Source: Armatimonadota bacterium (lineage in GTDB: Bacteria; Armatimonadota; SYMT01). Taken from it: DNA of 64,000 nucleotides. Shown in pieces: positions 29,970 through 39,603 of the stretch; position 1 is the first letter of the stretch; each line of letters starts with the position of its first letter. The position numbers and the translations under genes were made by a program. The stretch covers positions 64,001 to 128,000 of the forward strand of contig JAWLHY010000005.1 in assembly GCA_041690135.1 (NCBI GenBank). The letters run 5' to 3'. Below the pieces are notes generated by a model. The model saw only the letters and a list, made by a program, of their open reading frames with translations, had not been told where the DNA came from and searched no databases.

Positions 29970-31421
29970 CTAGCGCTCTTCCTCGCTCACCGCGACCCCG
30001 GTGTCGCCGGCCTCTTCTTCCGTGGCTGCGACGGGTTCCGCGTCCACGGTGGATTCGGCAGCTACTTCGGCCTCGTCTCCGGGCTCTTCGGCGCCAACTC
30101 CGGCCTCTTCACCCACGACCTCGGCCACCGCTTCGCCGGTGCCTTCGTCTACGGCTTCGCCTTCCGCGGGCTCGGCCGCCTCGGCTACTTCTACCGCTTC
30201 TACCGTACCGACTTCGGCCTGCTCCGTGCTCGCCGTCTCGTCAGCGGCCGCGGCCTCTTCTTCCGGCTCCTGTTGATACTCCTCGAAAAGGTGTCCGAAC
30301 AGGTCACCGAGCGTGGTGCGGTCGCTCGTCCGGCGAATGGTCTTCTGGTAGTTGTCGACGATCTGGCGCTCGCGCTTCTGCTCCATCTTGCGGATGCTGA
30401 AGACGATGCGGCGCTCGCGCGGTCGCAGGTCGATGACGGCGGCGTCCACTTCCTGACCTGGCTGGACCACTTCTTCCGCGGTGGTGACCCGCCGCGGGGC
30501 GAGCTCGCTGATCGGAATGAAGCCTTCGAGCCCGTCTTCCGTCAGCTCCACCACGGCGCCCTGGGGAACCGTGCCGGCGATCTTCACCTTCATCACGGTG
30601 CCGATGGCATACTTGCGGCGCGCCTCTTCCCACGGGTCATTCATCAGCCGGCGGACCGACAGCGACACACGCTGGCTGTCCGGATCGACCCGAAGTACCT
30701 TCACCTGGATCTTCTGGCCCACCTTGAGCACGTCGGACGGATGCTCGATCCGCTTCCAGGAGATCTCACTGACGTGCAGCAGACCGTCCACCCCGCCCAC
30801 GTCCACGAAGGCGCCGATGTCGGTGAGGCGGCGGACCGTGCCCTGCCGCACTTCGCCTTCCTGGAGGCGCTCAATCGCGTCCTTGCGGCGGCTCTGGCGC
30901 TCCTCTTCCTTCACCACGCGGTTGGAGAGGATCACCGTCTGCCGGTTCCGGTTGATCTCCAGGACCCGCATCCGGAGCGTCTGCCCCACGTACTGCTGCA
31001 GATTGCGCGGCTGGCTCAAGCCGACCTGGGACGAAGGGATGAAGCCGCGGACCCCGAGGTCCACCACCAATCCACCCTTCGTGGCCTCCGTAACGACCGC
31101 GGATAGGACCTCGCCCGTGTTCTTGGCACGGATCACGCGATCCCAGGCTCGCTCGCGCGGATCGAGCGCGGGCTGCAGCCGGTGCAGCAGCCCGGCATCA
31201 TCCGGGTTGCCGCTGGTTGCCGAGTGTACCAATACTTTGCGCAGGTTTTCCACGTCGTCCGAGGAAATACCGGAGCGCGCGTATTCTTCCAGCGCCTCGG
31301 CAGTCAGTCCCCTCTCTGCCAGCGCTTCTGACACGCTGGCTGGAGGATCTGCCACCCACTGCTCCAGCAGTCCTCCGATTTCCGAGGGTTTTGCCTCCGC
31401 GTTAGTTAGCGTCTCCGTCAT
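29970..31421 (-). CDS. S1 RNA-binding protein (ribosomal protein S1-like, three S1 domains plus acidic tail)
   Basis: KGGLVVDLGVRGFIPSSQ, GAFVDVGGVDGLLHVSEISW, EGFIPISEL, TTLGDLF; start 31421 with GGAG RBS. Confidence 0.88.
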   Translation of the reverse strand: MTETLTNAEAKPSEIGGLLEQWVADPPASVSEALAERGLTAEALEEYARSGISSDDVENLRKVLVHSATSGNPDDAGLLHRLQPALDPRERAWDRVIRAKNTGEVLSAVVTEATKGGLVVDLGVRGFIPSSQVGLSQPRNLQQYVGQTLRMRVLEINRNRQTVILSNRVVKEEERQSRRKDAIERLQEGEVRQGTVRRLTDIGAFVDVGGVDGLLHVSEISWKRIEHPSDVLKVGQKIQVKVLRVDPDSQRVSLSVRRLMNDPWEEARRKYAIGTVMKVKIAGTVPQGAVVELTEDGLEGFIPISELAPRRVTTAEEVVQPGQEVDAAVIDLRPRERRIVFSIRKMEQKRERQIVDNYQKTIRRTSDRTTLGDLFGHLFEEYQQEPEEEAAAADETASTEQAEVGTVEAVEVAEAAEPAEGEAVDEGTGEAVAEVVGEEAGVGAEEPGDEAEVAAESTVDAEPVAATEEEAGDTGVAVSEEER

Positions 31422-31762
31422 TCTGGACTCCACCTGTTGCGCACCCAAAATTCTGACCTGACCTCTGTCTCGCCAGGGCGAGTGCATGCCTTCCCTGCCC
31501 GTCGCCCCTATGTTATATCACCTGTGTCCGGAGTGCCCCGTTCGTTTGTCCACGCTCATCCCAGGTCAGATGTAGAGTTTTTCCCACATCCATCCAGCCG
31601 GAAACCGCAGTGGCCGAGTCCGGGGCAGGTGGCCGGACGCCGCTCTAGCTTACCGGATGCAGGACGTTTTGTACAGTCCCACGCCGGTTGGAAATAACCG
31701 GCTGGAAACAACGGGCTGAAAAAAGAGGAAGGGCCGAAGGGAACAAAGGGTATGGGAGAGCC

Positions 31763-33415
31763 ATGGGCACACTGCGGGATCTGACGGAGGTGGGTGACGC
31801 GATTGCCGCCAGCCCGGGGAAGCTGGAAAAGGTCCGGCTGCTGGCGGAGTTCCTCCAGGTGCTTTCGGACGCGGACCTCTACTGGGGCACCCTGTATTTC
31901 ACGGGCGCGGCTTTCGCGCCGGGGTCCGGTAAGGTGACCCAGGTGGGGTTTGCCTCCCTGCAGGCGGCGGTGATGACCGTGTCCGGCTGCTATGAGGAGA
32001 CATTCGGCCGGGAGTACCTGAAGTGGAGCGACCTGGGCGATACCGCGGCGGCCTTGCTGGGTGACCGGCAAAGCCGCCTGGAATTGGCATTGGGGGATCT
32101 GGCGGCGCGGCTCGAGCAGATCGCGGAGATCCCCGCTGGTTTGGGAAAGACCCTCGCGGTGACGGAGTTGCTCCGCGACCTGGGAGCGGCCGAGGCCCGC
32201 TACGTGGCGAAGATTCTCACCACCGAGCTCCGGATCGGATTAAAAGAAGGCCTGGTCGAGGAGGCGGTGGCGAAGGCGTTCGGGGTCAAACCGGCCGAGG
32301 TCCGGAAAGCCCACCAGTTGGTGGGCGACCTGGGTAAGGTGGCGGTGGCCGCCCGGCATGGCCGGCTGGAAGCGCTCAGCGTCACCCTATTTGTGCCCGT
32401 GAGGCCGATGTTGGCGACCGCGGAGAGCTCGCCGGAGACGATTGTCCAGCGGATCGGTCCGGAACTGTGGGTTGAAGATAAGTTCGACGGAATCCGCGCG
32501 CAGGCCCATCGCTCGGACGAACGAGTCGTGCTCTTCTCGCGGGACCTCAAGGATGTCTCCGCGCAGTTTCCCGAAGTCGTGGCTGCGCTCTCTGCTCTTC
32601 CCGGCACCTTGATACTGGACGGGGAACTGCTCGCTCATCGGAGTGGGAGTGCCCGTCCCTTTTTCGAACTGCAGCGGCGTCTTGGACGGAAGGAGCTCAC
32701 CGAAAAGGTCCTGGCGAGCATTCCCGTCGGTTTCTTCATGTTCGACCTCCTTTACCAGGACGGTGAATCGCTTCTCGAAACGCCCTTCCGGGAACGCCGA
32801 GCCCGCCTGGAGATGCTCCCACGCCCGCCTGGCCTCTACCTTTCTCCTCTGCGGATTCGCACGGCTGCGGAACTGGAAGGGGAGTTTGCGCTGGCCAAGT
32901 CCCGCGCAAACGAAGGCCTCATGATCAAGCAGCCCGAGAGCGTGTATACGCCCGGCAGGCGTGGGATGAGCTGGCTGAAATACAAGAAGCCGCTCGAACC
33001 GCTCGATGTGGTGGTCACGGGCGTGGAGTACGGGCACGGGCGGCGGCGGGAAGTGCTGTCGGACTACACCTTTGCGGTGCGGAACGAGGAAACCGGCGAG
33101 CTGGTGAATATCGGAAAGGCCTACTCGGGATTGACGGACCAGGAGATTCAGGAGCTCACCGAGTACTTCCACGCCAACACCCTCCAGAGCTTCGGGCGCT
33201 TCCAGCAGGTCCGGCCGGAGTTGGTGATCGAAGTGGCGTTCGAGGCAATTCAGAAGAGCTCGCGGCACAAGAGCGGCTTTGCCCTGCGGTTTCCCCGGAT
33301 TGTCCGCGTGCGGACGGATAAGACTCCCGCCGACATCAACACCCTTTCGGACGTGCAGCGCCAGTTCGAACAGTACCGCGCGGTGTACGGCGAAGATAAA
33401 GAGGAGCAGGGATAA
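31763..33415 (+). CDS. ATP-dependent DNA ligase
   Basis: Motif I EDKFDGIR, ILDGEL, FDLLY, EGLMIK, WLKYK, ALRFPR; N-terminal DNA-binding domain. Confidence 0.93.
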   Translation: MGTLRDLTEVGDAIAASPGKLEKVRLLAEFLQVLSDADLYWGTLYFTGAAFAPGSGKVTQVGFASLQAAVMTVSGCYEETFGREYLKWSDLGDTAAALLGDRQSRLELALGDLAARLEQIAEIPAGLGKTLAVTELLRDLGAAEARYVAKILTTELRIGLKEGLVEEAVAKAFGVKPAEVRKAHQLVGDLGKVAVAARHGRLEALSVTLFVPVRPMLATAESSPETIVQRIGPELWVEDKFDGIRAQAHRSDERVVLFSRDLKDVSAQFPEVVAALSALPGTLILDGELLAHRSGSARPFFELQRRLGRKELTEKVLASIPVGFFMFDLLYQDGESLLETPFRERRARLEMLPRPPGLYLSPLRIRTAAELEGEFALAKSRANEGLMIKQPESVYTPGRRGMSWLKYKKPLEPLDVVVTGVEYGHGRRREVLSDYTFAVRNEETGELVNIGKAYSGLTDQEIQELTEYFHANTLQSFGRFQQVRPELVIEVAFEAIQKSSRHKSGFALRFPRIVRVRTDKTPADINTLSDVQRQFEQYRAVYGEDKEEQG

Positions 33416-33480
33416 GGAAAAAGTGAGGTGGTGGAGGTAGGGCCTGGAGATAGCGGGGAACCAGGTCGGGAAGCCAGGAG

Positions 33481-33510
33481 AAAGGGCGCCGACTGTTTCG
33501 CCGGCGCCCT
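33481..33510 (-). terminator. Terminator hairpin between convergent genes
   Basis: agggcgccg / cggcgccct stem, followed by ttt on the minus strand. Confidence 0.6.
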
Positions 33511-33541
33511 ATGTTGACTCGAGTGAAAGCCGATCCCGGCG

Positions 33542-34852
33542 CTAGAACAACTCGTGAACGGGAGAACCGCCGTCGGCGACGCGGATAGGCCGGCCGTCCG
33601 GGGTTTGGTACATCAGGTCGGTGTTGATGTCGAGCGCCTTGTAGAGAGTGGCCGCGACGTCTTCCACGGAGATCGGACGGACCTTCGGGTACTCGGCGAT
33701 GGCGTCCGTCTCACCCACCACGAGACCGGTCTTGATGGGACCGCCACCCAGGGTCGCGAAAGATGCGGGTCCCCAGTGGTCCCGGCCCGCGGAGCTGTTC
33801 ACCTTGGGAGTTCGGCCGAATTCGCCCATGCAGACGACCAGCGTATTGGCGAGAAGACCGCGGTCGGACAGGTCTTGAAGCAGCGCGGCGTAGCCCTGAT
33901 CCAACTCCGGCAGGCGGGTCTTGCCGAGGGTGACGAAATTCTGGGTGTGCGTATCCCAGCCACCCTTCTGGATGTGTACGAAGCGGGTTCCGGCTTCGAT
34001 CAGGCGACGCGCCAGCAGACATCCCTGGCCGAAGGAGTTGCGCCCGTAGGTGTCTCGCAGCTTGTCGTCTTCGCCCGAAAGGTCGAAAGCCTTCTTCGCC
34101 ACGGGTGAGGTGACCAGGTCGAAAGCGCGGGTGTAAAACTCGTCCACGGTCTGCACGCTGCGCTGGGCGAGCTCGGCCTGGCGCTGGAAGCGATCGATGG
34201 CATCCAGCACTCCCCGCCGGCGGGTAACGCGGTCCATATTGACGCCACCGGGCGGGGTGACGTCCTGCACGCTGAAGCCCTTGGCGTTGGGATCGCCGCC
34301 CACGTTGAACGGGTTGTAGACGGCACCCATGTAGCCGCCGCCGGTGTACTGGCCCACTCCACCGACGATGGCATAGGGCGGCATGCCGTTCCGGAACCCC
34401 TTCTCCCGGGCGCACACCGCACCCATGCTGGGGAACGTCAGGGACGGGTTGAACTTGTAGCCGGTGAGGAAGTAGTGGTTGCCGGTGCCGTGGCTACTGT
34501 CGGGGGAAGTGACCCGCAGGATGGAGTACTTGTCCTGCTGCTTGGCGAGGTTCGGCAGTTTGTCGCTAATCCGGATCCCCTTGACACAAGTCTCGATTGC
34601 CCCGAACTCGCCGCGGATCTCCTGCGGCGCCTCCGGTTTCGGATCGAACATGTCGATGTGGCTGGGGCCGCCGTCGAGCCAGATGAGGATGACGTTGACA
34701 TCCTTGGAGCCGCCGCTTGCCGCGGCCTGTGCCTCGGCATTCAGCAATCCCGGCAAGGATAGGCCGAACGCCCCGAGTGCACCGACTTTGAGGACATCCC
34801 GGCGTGTCATTCCCGCGCAGTTGCGGCTGGCGCCCATCCGGATATCAAACAT
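33542..34852 (-). CDS. DUF1501 domain protein (Tat-like N-terminus)
   Basis: TRRDVLKVG, WLDGGPSHIDMFDPKP, GWDTH, MGEFGRTP, GRDHW. Confidence 0.92.
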   Translation of the reverse strand: MFDIRMGASRNCAGMTRRDVLKVGALGAFGLSLPGLLNAEAQAAASGGSKDVNVILIWLDGGPSHIDMFDPKPEAPQEIRGEFGAIETCVKGIRISDKLPNLAKQQDKYSILRVTSPDSSHGTGNHYFLTGYKFNPSLTFPSMGAVCAREKGFRNGMPPYAIVGGVGQYTGGGYMGAVYNPFNVGGDPNAKGFSVQDVTPPGGVNMDRVTRRRGVLDAIDRFQRQAELAQRSVQTVDEFYTRAFDLVTSPVAKKAFDLSGEDDKLRDTYGRNSFGQGCLLARRLIEAGTRFVHIQKGGWDTHTQNFVTLGKTRLPELDQGYAALLQDLSDRGLLANTLVVCMGEFGRTPKVNSSAGRDHWGPASFATLGGGPIKTGLVVGETDAIAEYPKVRPISVEDVAATLYKALDINTDLMYQTPDGRPIRVADGGSPVHELF

Positions 34853-35072
34853 GGCCCCTATCCCTTCCCTGCTGGCGACTCGAGGGTCAGATCACGTGCA
34901 AACCCGTTCTGATCAGACAGCCAGGCAAGGGGGGAGTTGCGGGGAAATGCGGGCCTAACAAATCCCAATACAGAGAAACTCGCGGCGTCCGAACTCCCCG
35001 GTGCAGCGGATACAATTCCCGGTGGGAAGTCGCCAATCAACGAACCAGGTGCCCACGCTACACGGACAGGGA

Positions 35073-35810
35073 ATGGACAGGGAGAGGACAGCGTTGCAGA
35101 CGGAGTCGAAACGGGACCGGGTACGCGAAATGTTCGGGCGGGTGGCCCGGCGGTACGACTGGCTGAACAGCGTCCTCAGCATGGGGCTGCACCATTATTG
35201 GCGCCGGTTCGCCGTGCGGGAGTGTGAGTTTCCCGCGGGCGGGCGCGCGCTGGACGTGGCGGTGGGGACCGGCGACTTTGCCGTGGAGACGATCCAGCCG
35301 GGAGGAACGGCCGTTGGCGTGGACATCTGCGAGCCGATGCTGCAGGAAGGATTGGTGAAGCTGGACCGGCTTGGTCTGGGCGGCCGCATTCGCCTGATTG
35401 CCGGGGAGGCGGAAGCGCTTCCCGTGCCCTCCAACCATTTCGACAGCGCCACCATCGGGTTCGGGCTGCGGAATGTGACCAGCATCGACGACACCTTTGC
35501 CGAGATGGCCCGGGCAGTGCGGCCGGGCGGCAAGGTGGTGGCGCTGGAGATCGCCAAGCCGAGTAATCCGGTGCTGCGTCCCTTCTTCCTCTTCTACTTC
35601 TATAATCTCTCCCCGTGGGTGGCGCGAATGCTGGGCGGCGATCCCCAGGCGTACCAATACCTGCCGAATTCCCTCAAGACCTTCAAATCGCGCGCCGAAC
35701 TCTGCGAGTCGATGCGCCGGGCGGGGCTCGTGGAAGTGCACTATCACGACCTCACGGGCGGGATGGTTTGCGTCCACGTCGGGACAAAACCCAAACCTCC
35801 CGTATCATGA
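35073..35810 (+). CDS. ubiE: Ubiquinone/menaquinone biosynthesis C-methyltransferase
   Basis: VREMFGRVARRYDWLNSVLSMGLHHYWR, LDVAVGTGD, FGLRNV, AYQYLPNS. Confidence 0.9.
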   Translation: MDRERTALQTESKRDRVREMFGRVARRYDWLNSVLSMGLHHYWRRFAVRECEFPAGGRALDVAVGTGDFAVETIQPGGTAVGVDICEPMLQEGLVKLDRLGLGGRIRLIAGEAEALPVPSNHFDSATIGFGLRNVTSIDDTFAEMARAVRPGGKVVALEIAKPSNPVLRPFFLFYFYNLSPWVARMLGGDPQAYQYLPNSLKTFKSRAELCESMRRAGLVEVHYHDLTGGMVCVHVGTKPKPPVS

Positions 35811-35816
35811 AGGGAT

Positions 35817-36428
35817 ATGGGCATCTTTGACCTGACCCGTCCCATCGCCCCGGCGATGCCGGTCTATCCGGGCGACCCGCAGGTGGAGTTCCAGCAGGTC
35901 GCTCACCACAGTACCGACGGTTTTTGCGTCCATCGCGTGGTCCTGGGTACCCACGCAGGCACCCATCTGGATGCTCCGGCGCACTTTATGGAAACGGGTG
36001 CCGGAGTGGATGCGCTCCCCTTGGGAGCACTCGTCGGCCCGGCCAGGGTTATCCAGCTTCCTTTCGAGCCGATGTGGGTAGAACCCGGTGAGCGGGTGCT
36101 CGTGGCCTCGGGGTGGAGCGATTATTGGGAGATGCCCGGCTACTTTGATGCGTTCCCGGGTCTTCCCCAGGCACTGGTCGAGGCCCTGGTCGCCGCGCCG
36201 GCTGCCCTGGTGGGCCTGGAGACCCCGTCGCTCCATCCGGACCATGATCTCGACGCGCGGTTCCATCACCAGCTTCTGGAAGCGGGCGTGGTAATCGTCG
36301 AGAACCTTGTCGGGTTGGCCCGACTGCCTGCGCGCGTGCACCTGACCGCGTTGCCTTTACCGCTCCGGGGCCTGGACGGAGCGCCGTGTCGGGTGGTCGC
36401 GACCGAGATGAAAGACGGAATGAGATGA
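35817..36428 (+). CDS. Cyclase family metal hydrolase (kynurenine formamidase-like)
   Basis: VYPGDP, HAGTHLDAPAH, IVENL, GLDGAPCR. Confidence 0.88.
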   Translation: MGIFDLTRPIAPAMPVYPGDPQVEFQQVAHHSTDGFCVHRVVLGTHAGTHLDAPAHFMETGAGVDALPLGALVGPARVIQLPFEPMWVEPGERVLVASGWSDYWEMPGYFDAFPGLPQALVEALVAAPAALVGLETPSLHPDHDLDARFHHQLLEAGVVIVENLVGLARLPARVHLTALPLPLRGLDGAPCRVVATEMKDGMR

Positions 36429-39259
36429 GAAGACGGATTTCGGGCGGTCTGGTGCTGGCGGTCGTGATCGGAGCGATCGTGCTCCTGGGGCCGGTGCTGC
36501 TGGGATTTTACGTGGACTGGCTCTGGTTCGGTGAGGTCGCCCAGCGCCCGGTGTTTTGGAAGTTGTGGCTCTCGCGCCTCGGGTTGGGGTTGGTGTTCGG
36601 ACTGGCGGTAGCCGGCCTGACTTATCTGAACCTGTGGATCGCGCGGCGATCGGCGCCGCTGGTGCTGCCGGGCCGGCAGTCGGATTGGCAGCGGACCGTC
36701 GGGCGCGTGGCCCGGGAGGGTCTCGCAGCGGGCCTCGTGGTGGGTTCCCTGGCGCTGGGAGTGCTGGGCGGCATCGCGGCCGCCTCCCGCTGGGATGATT
36801 GGATCCGGTTCAGCAACGCCCAGGCCTTCCCGACGCAGGACCCGATCTTTGGCGCCAACGTCGGCTTCTACATTTTCCGCTATCCGTTTTTGGAGTTCCT
36901 CTCGAGCTGGCTCTTTGCCATCCTCATCCTGATCGCCCTCGGGACAGCGGTTGTGTACTATGCGGAGGGCGCCGTGACGGCAATGGATGGCGAGATTCGG
37001 GTCGCCACGCCGGTTCGCGTCCACCTCTCCGTGCTGCTGGGCCTGGCGATGCTCGCCAAGGCATGGGACTACTGGCTGGACCGCTACGGACTGCTGATGC
37101 AGCCGGGCGGGGTCGTGACCTTTGGCGCAGGTTATGCGGACATTCACGCCCGTCTTCCCGCCCTCAACATCCTGATGGTCGTGGCCGTCATCGCGGCCCT
37201 GGGCTTCTTCTTCAATGCCCGGATGCGCGCGCTGTGGCTGCCGGTGGCGGCGGTCGGCCTCATGGCCGTGGCCAGTCTTACGGTGGGTGGCCTCTATCCC
37301 GGTCTCATCCAGAGCTTCGTGGTCAAGCCGAACGAGCAGGCCCGGGAGCGACCCTTCATCGAGCACCATCTCAACCTTACCCGGAGCGCTTACGGGCTGG
37401 ACGGCGCGCAGACGGTGAACTACAACACCGGAAAGGCGCTCACCGCGGCCGACCTGACCCGGGAGAGCGGGACGCTGGAGAACGTGCGCCTGTGGGACTA
37501 CCGCATCCTCTCACAGACCTACCACGGACTGCAGCGCCTCCGCGATTATTACCACGTCCGGAACGTGGACATCGACCGGTACCGGATCAACGGCCGGTAT
37601 CGGCAGGTGATGCTGGCGCCACGAGAGCTTGTGACGGATCGTCTGGACCCGGCGCAGCGGCGGTGGATCAACGAGAAGCTCCAGTACACGCATGGCTACG
37701 GGCTCATTATGAGCGGCGTGAGTGGTGCGGACGGAGCGGGGCGCCCGAACTGGTTGATCCGGGATCTCCCCCTTTCCACCGTTCCTGGACTGGAAGTGCA
37801 GCGCCCGCAGCTCTACTACGGGATGGAAACCGTGGAGCCGGTGGTGGCGCCATCCGGAGTGACCGAGATCGATTACCTGGCGGACGGGGAAACCCAGACC
37901 TCCCAATATGGGGGGGCCGGAGGCATCCCAATCGGCTCCGCAGTGCAGCAGGTCCTTTTCAGCCTGTACCTGGGCGATTGGAACCTCACGATCAGCGACC
38001 AGGTTCGGCCCAATAGTCGCATCCTGATCCGCCGCAACATCATGGAACGGCTGGGATCGCTTGCGCCGTTCTTGCGGTACGACACGGACCCCTACCTGGT
38101 GCTCGAGTCCGGGCGCCTGGTGTGGGTGGTCGACGCTTACACCACGGCGGCAACGCATCCTTACAGTGCTCCCCTTTCCACGGCGGAGGCTTCGGGCGAC
38201 CTGGGCCGCGCTTCGCGATTCAGCGGCGGTCAGGACCTCAATTACCTGCGGAACTCCGTGAAGGCGACGGTGGATGCCTACACCGGGGAAATCACCCTCT
38301 ACGCGGTGGACGAGAACGAACCGGTCCTGGCGTGCTACCGGCGGGTTTTCCCTTCGTTGTTCCGGCCGGGGTCCGAGGCACCGCAGTCCCTGCGGGAGCA
38401 TTTCCGCTACCCGGAGGGGCTCTTCTCCGCCCAGGCCCGGATCATGACCCGGTTCCACGTGACGAACCCGGATGTGTTCTACGCCCAATCCGACGTGTGG
38501 GAGATTCCCCGCGAGCAACTGCAGACCGATGCCAGTGCCGTGACTGGAGAGTCCGAGCGGATGGAGCCGTATTACGTGATGATGCGGTTGCCCGGGGAAA
38601 CCCAGGAAGAGTTCGTGCTGATACTGCCGTTCAAGACCAAGCGCGGAACCACCATGTCGGGATGGATGGTGGCGCGTTGCGACCCCGCGCAGTACGGCGA
38701 GTTGCGCCTCTACCAGTTCCCCACCAACAGCCAGGTAGACGCGCCGGAGCAGGTAGATAACACGATCCAGGCGGACCCGGTGATTTCCCCGCAGGTCAAC
38801 TTGCTGGACCAGCGGGGCTCCACGGTGCGGTTCGGCAACCTGCTGGTGTTGCCGGTGGGCAGCAGCCTGCTCTACGTGAAGCCGCTCTACCTGGAAGCGG
38901 CGGCCCGAGGCGGCCAGGGAAGCCAGAACGTGATCCCGCAGTTGGAGCAGGTGATCGTGGCGGAGCACCGTGGCGACGGTTTGAGCGTGGTGATGCGGCC
39001 CACCCTGCGGGAAGCCCTCAACGCTTTGGTCGCGGGAGGTGCTCCGGTGACTGGTGGAGAACCGACCGAGACGGAGCCACCCACGGAAACCCCTCCCAGC
39101 CCCGAGGCGCCGGCGGGCGGTAGCGCGGCCCGGGAAGCGCAAACGGCGCTCGATGCCGCGGAACGGGCACAGCGCGCGGGCGATTGGGCGGAATATGGGC
39201 GGCAACTCCAGCGACTGCGGGCTGCGCTCCGCCGGTTGAACGCCGCGGCGCCCCAATAG
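36425..39259 (+). CDS. UPF0182 family membrane protein
   Basis: DWLWF, DPIFG...FYIFRYPF, NVRLWD, DIDRY, YTHGYG, NYLRNSVKA, YPEGLF, GNLLVLP. Confidence 0.93.
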   Translation: MRRRISGGLVLAVVIGAIVLLGPVLLGFYVDWLWFGEVAQRPVFWKLWLSRLGLGLVFGLAVAGLTYLNLWIARRSAPLVLPGRQSDWQRTVGRVAREGLAAGLVVGSLALGVLGGIAAASRWDDWIRFSNAQAFPTQDPIFGANVGFYIFRYPFLEFLSSWLFAILILIALGTAVVYYAEGAVTAMDGEIRVATPVRVHLSVLLGLAMLAKAWDYWLDRYGLLMQPGGVVTFGAGYADIHARLPALNILMVVAVIAALGFFFNARMRALWLPVAAVGLMAVASLTVGGLYPGLIQSFVVKPNEQARERPFIEHHLNLTRSAYGLDGAQTVNYNTGKALTAADLTRESGTLENVRLWDYRILSQTYHGLQRLRDYYHVRNVDIDRYRINGRYRQVMLAPRELVTDRLDPAQRRWINEKLQYTHGYGLIMSGVSGADGAGRPNWLIRDLPLSTVPGLEVQRPQLYYGMETVEPVVAPSGVTEIDYLADGETQTSQYGGAGGIPIGSAVQQVLFSLYLGDWNLTISDQVRPNSRILIRRNIMERLGSLAPFLRYDTDPYLVLESGRLVWVVDAYTTAATHPYSAPLSTAEASGDLGRASRFSGGQDLNYLRNSVKATVDAYTGEITLYAVDENEPVLACYRRVFPSLFRPGSEAPQSLREHFRYPEGLFSAQARIMTRFHVTNPDVFYAQSDVWEIPREQLQTDASAVTGESERMEPYYVMMRLPGETQEEFVLILPFKTKRGTTMSGWMVARCDPAQYGELRLYQFPTNSQVDAPEQVDNTIQADPVISPQVNLLDQRGSTVRFGNLLVLPVGSSLLYVKPLYLEAAARGGQGSQNVIPQLEQVIVAEHRGDGLSVVMRPTLREALNALVAGGAPVTGGEPTETEPPTETPPSPEAPAGGSAAREAQTALDAAERAQRAGDWAEYGRQLQRLRAALRRLNAAAPQ

Positions 39260-39341
39260 GGCTCGAATGTGAATACGGCGGGCATACCCAGGGCGTGGAG
39301 ACCCGGGATTTGCCCGCACGCACGTATCCTTGGTGCGGGCT

Positions 39342-39493
39342 CGGAGTCCCGTCTTCAGACGGTGGTTTGCGATACAGGAGACGGGTGCCCGTTGCAGAGT
39401 CGCTGGTACCGGCTGTGAACAGGGAGTTTGCGCCCGGTGCTGACGGGACCCGTCAGCAGTATCGCGAGTGAACCGTCTGAGGACGGGACTCCG
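39342..39493 (+). ncRNA. Candidate structured RNA (or MITE-like element)
   Basis: 22-bp terminal stem 39342-63 / 39472-93 with one G-U, 8-bp inner stem 39368-75 / 39459-66, side hairpin 39438-58. Confidence 0.45.
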
Positions 39494-39603
39494 TAAGCGG
39501 TCATCTCCTGGGTGCGGTTTGGCGGCATGGGGTCCAGTCGGTGGGTCGGTTTACTGGGACGGCTTCGTCAATGGTGGATTGCCGCTGCCTGCAATGAGTA
39601 GGT

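Noticed and set aside
35817-36428. Calling the cyclase kynB and proposing a kynurenine operon with kynU
   Set aside because: The genes are about 19 kb apart, there is no kynA in the window, and the cyclase family is functionally broad
37511-39319. 602-aa minus-strand ORF, and similar long antisense ORFs (46924-48189, 39742-40995, 12833-14254, 25350-26588, 43476-44804)
   Set aside because: Shadow frames of well-supported genes, expected in high-GC DNA; no motifs
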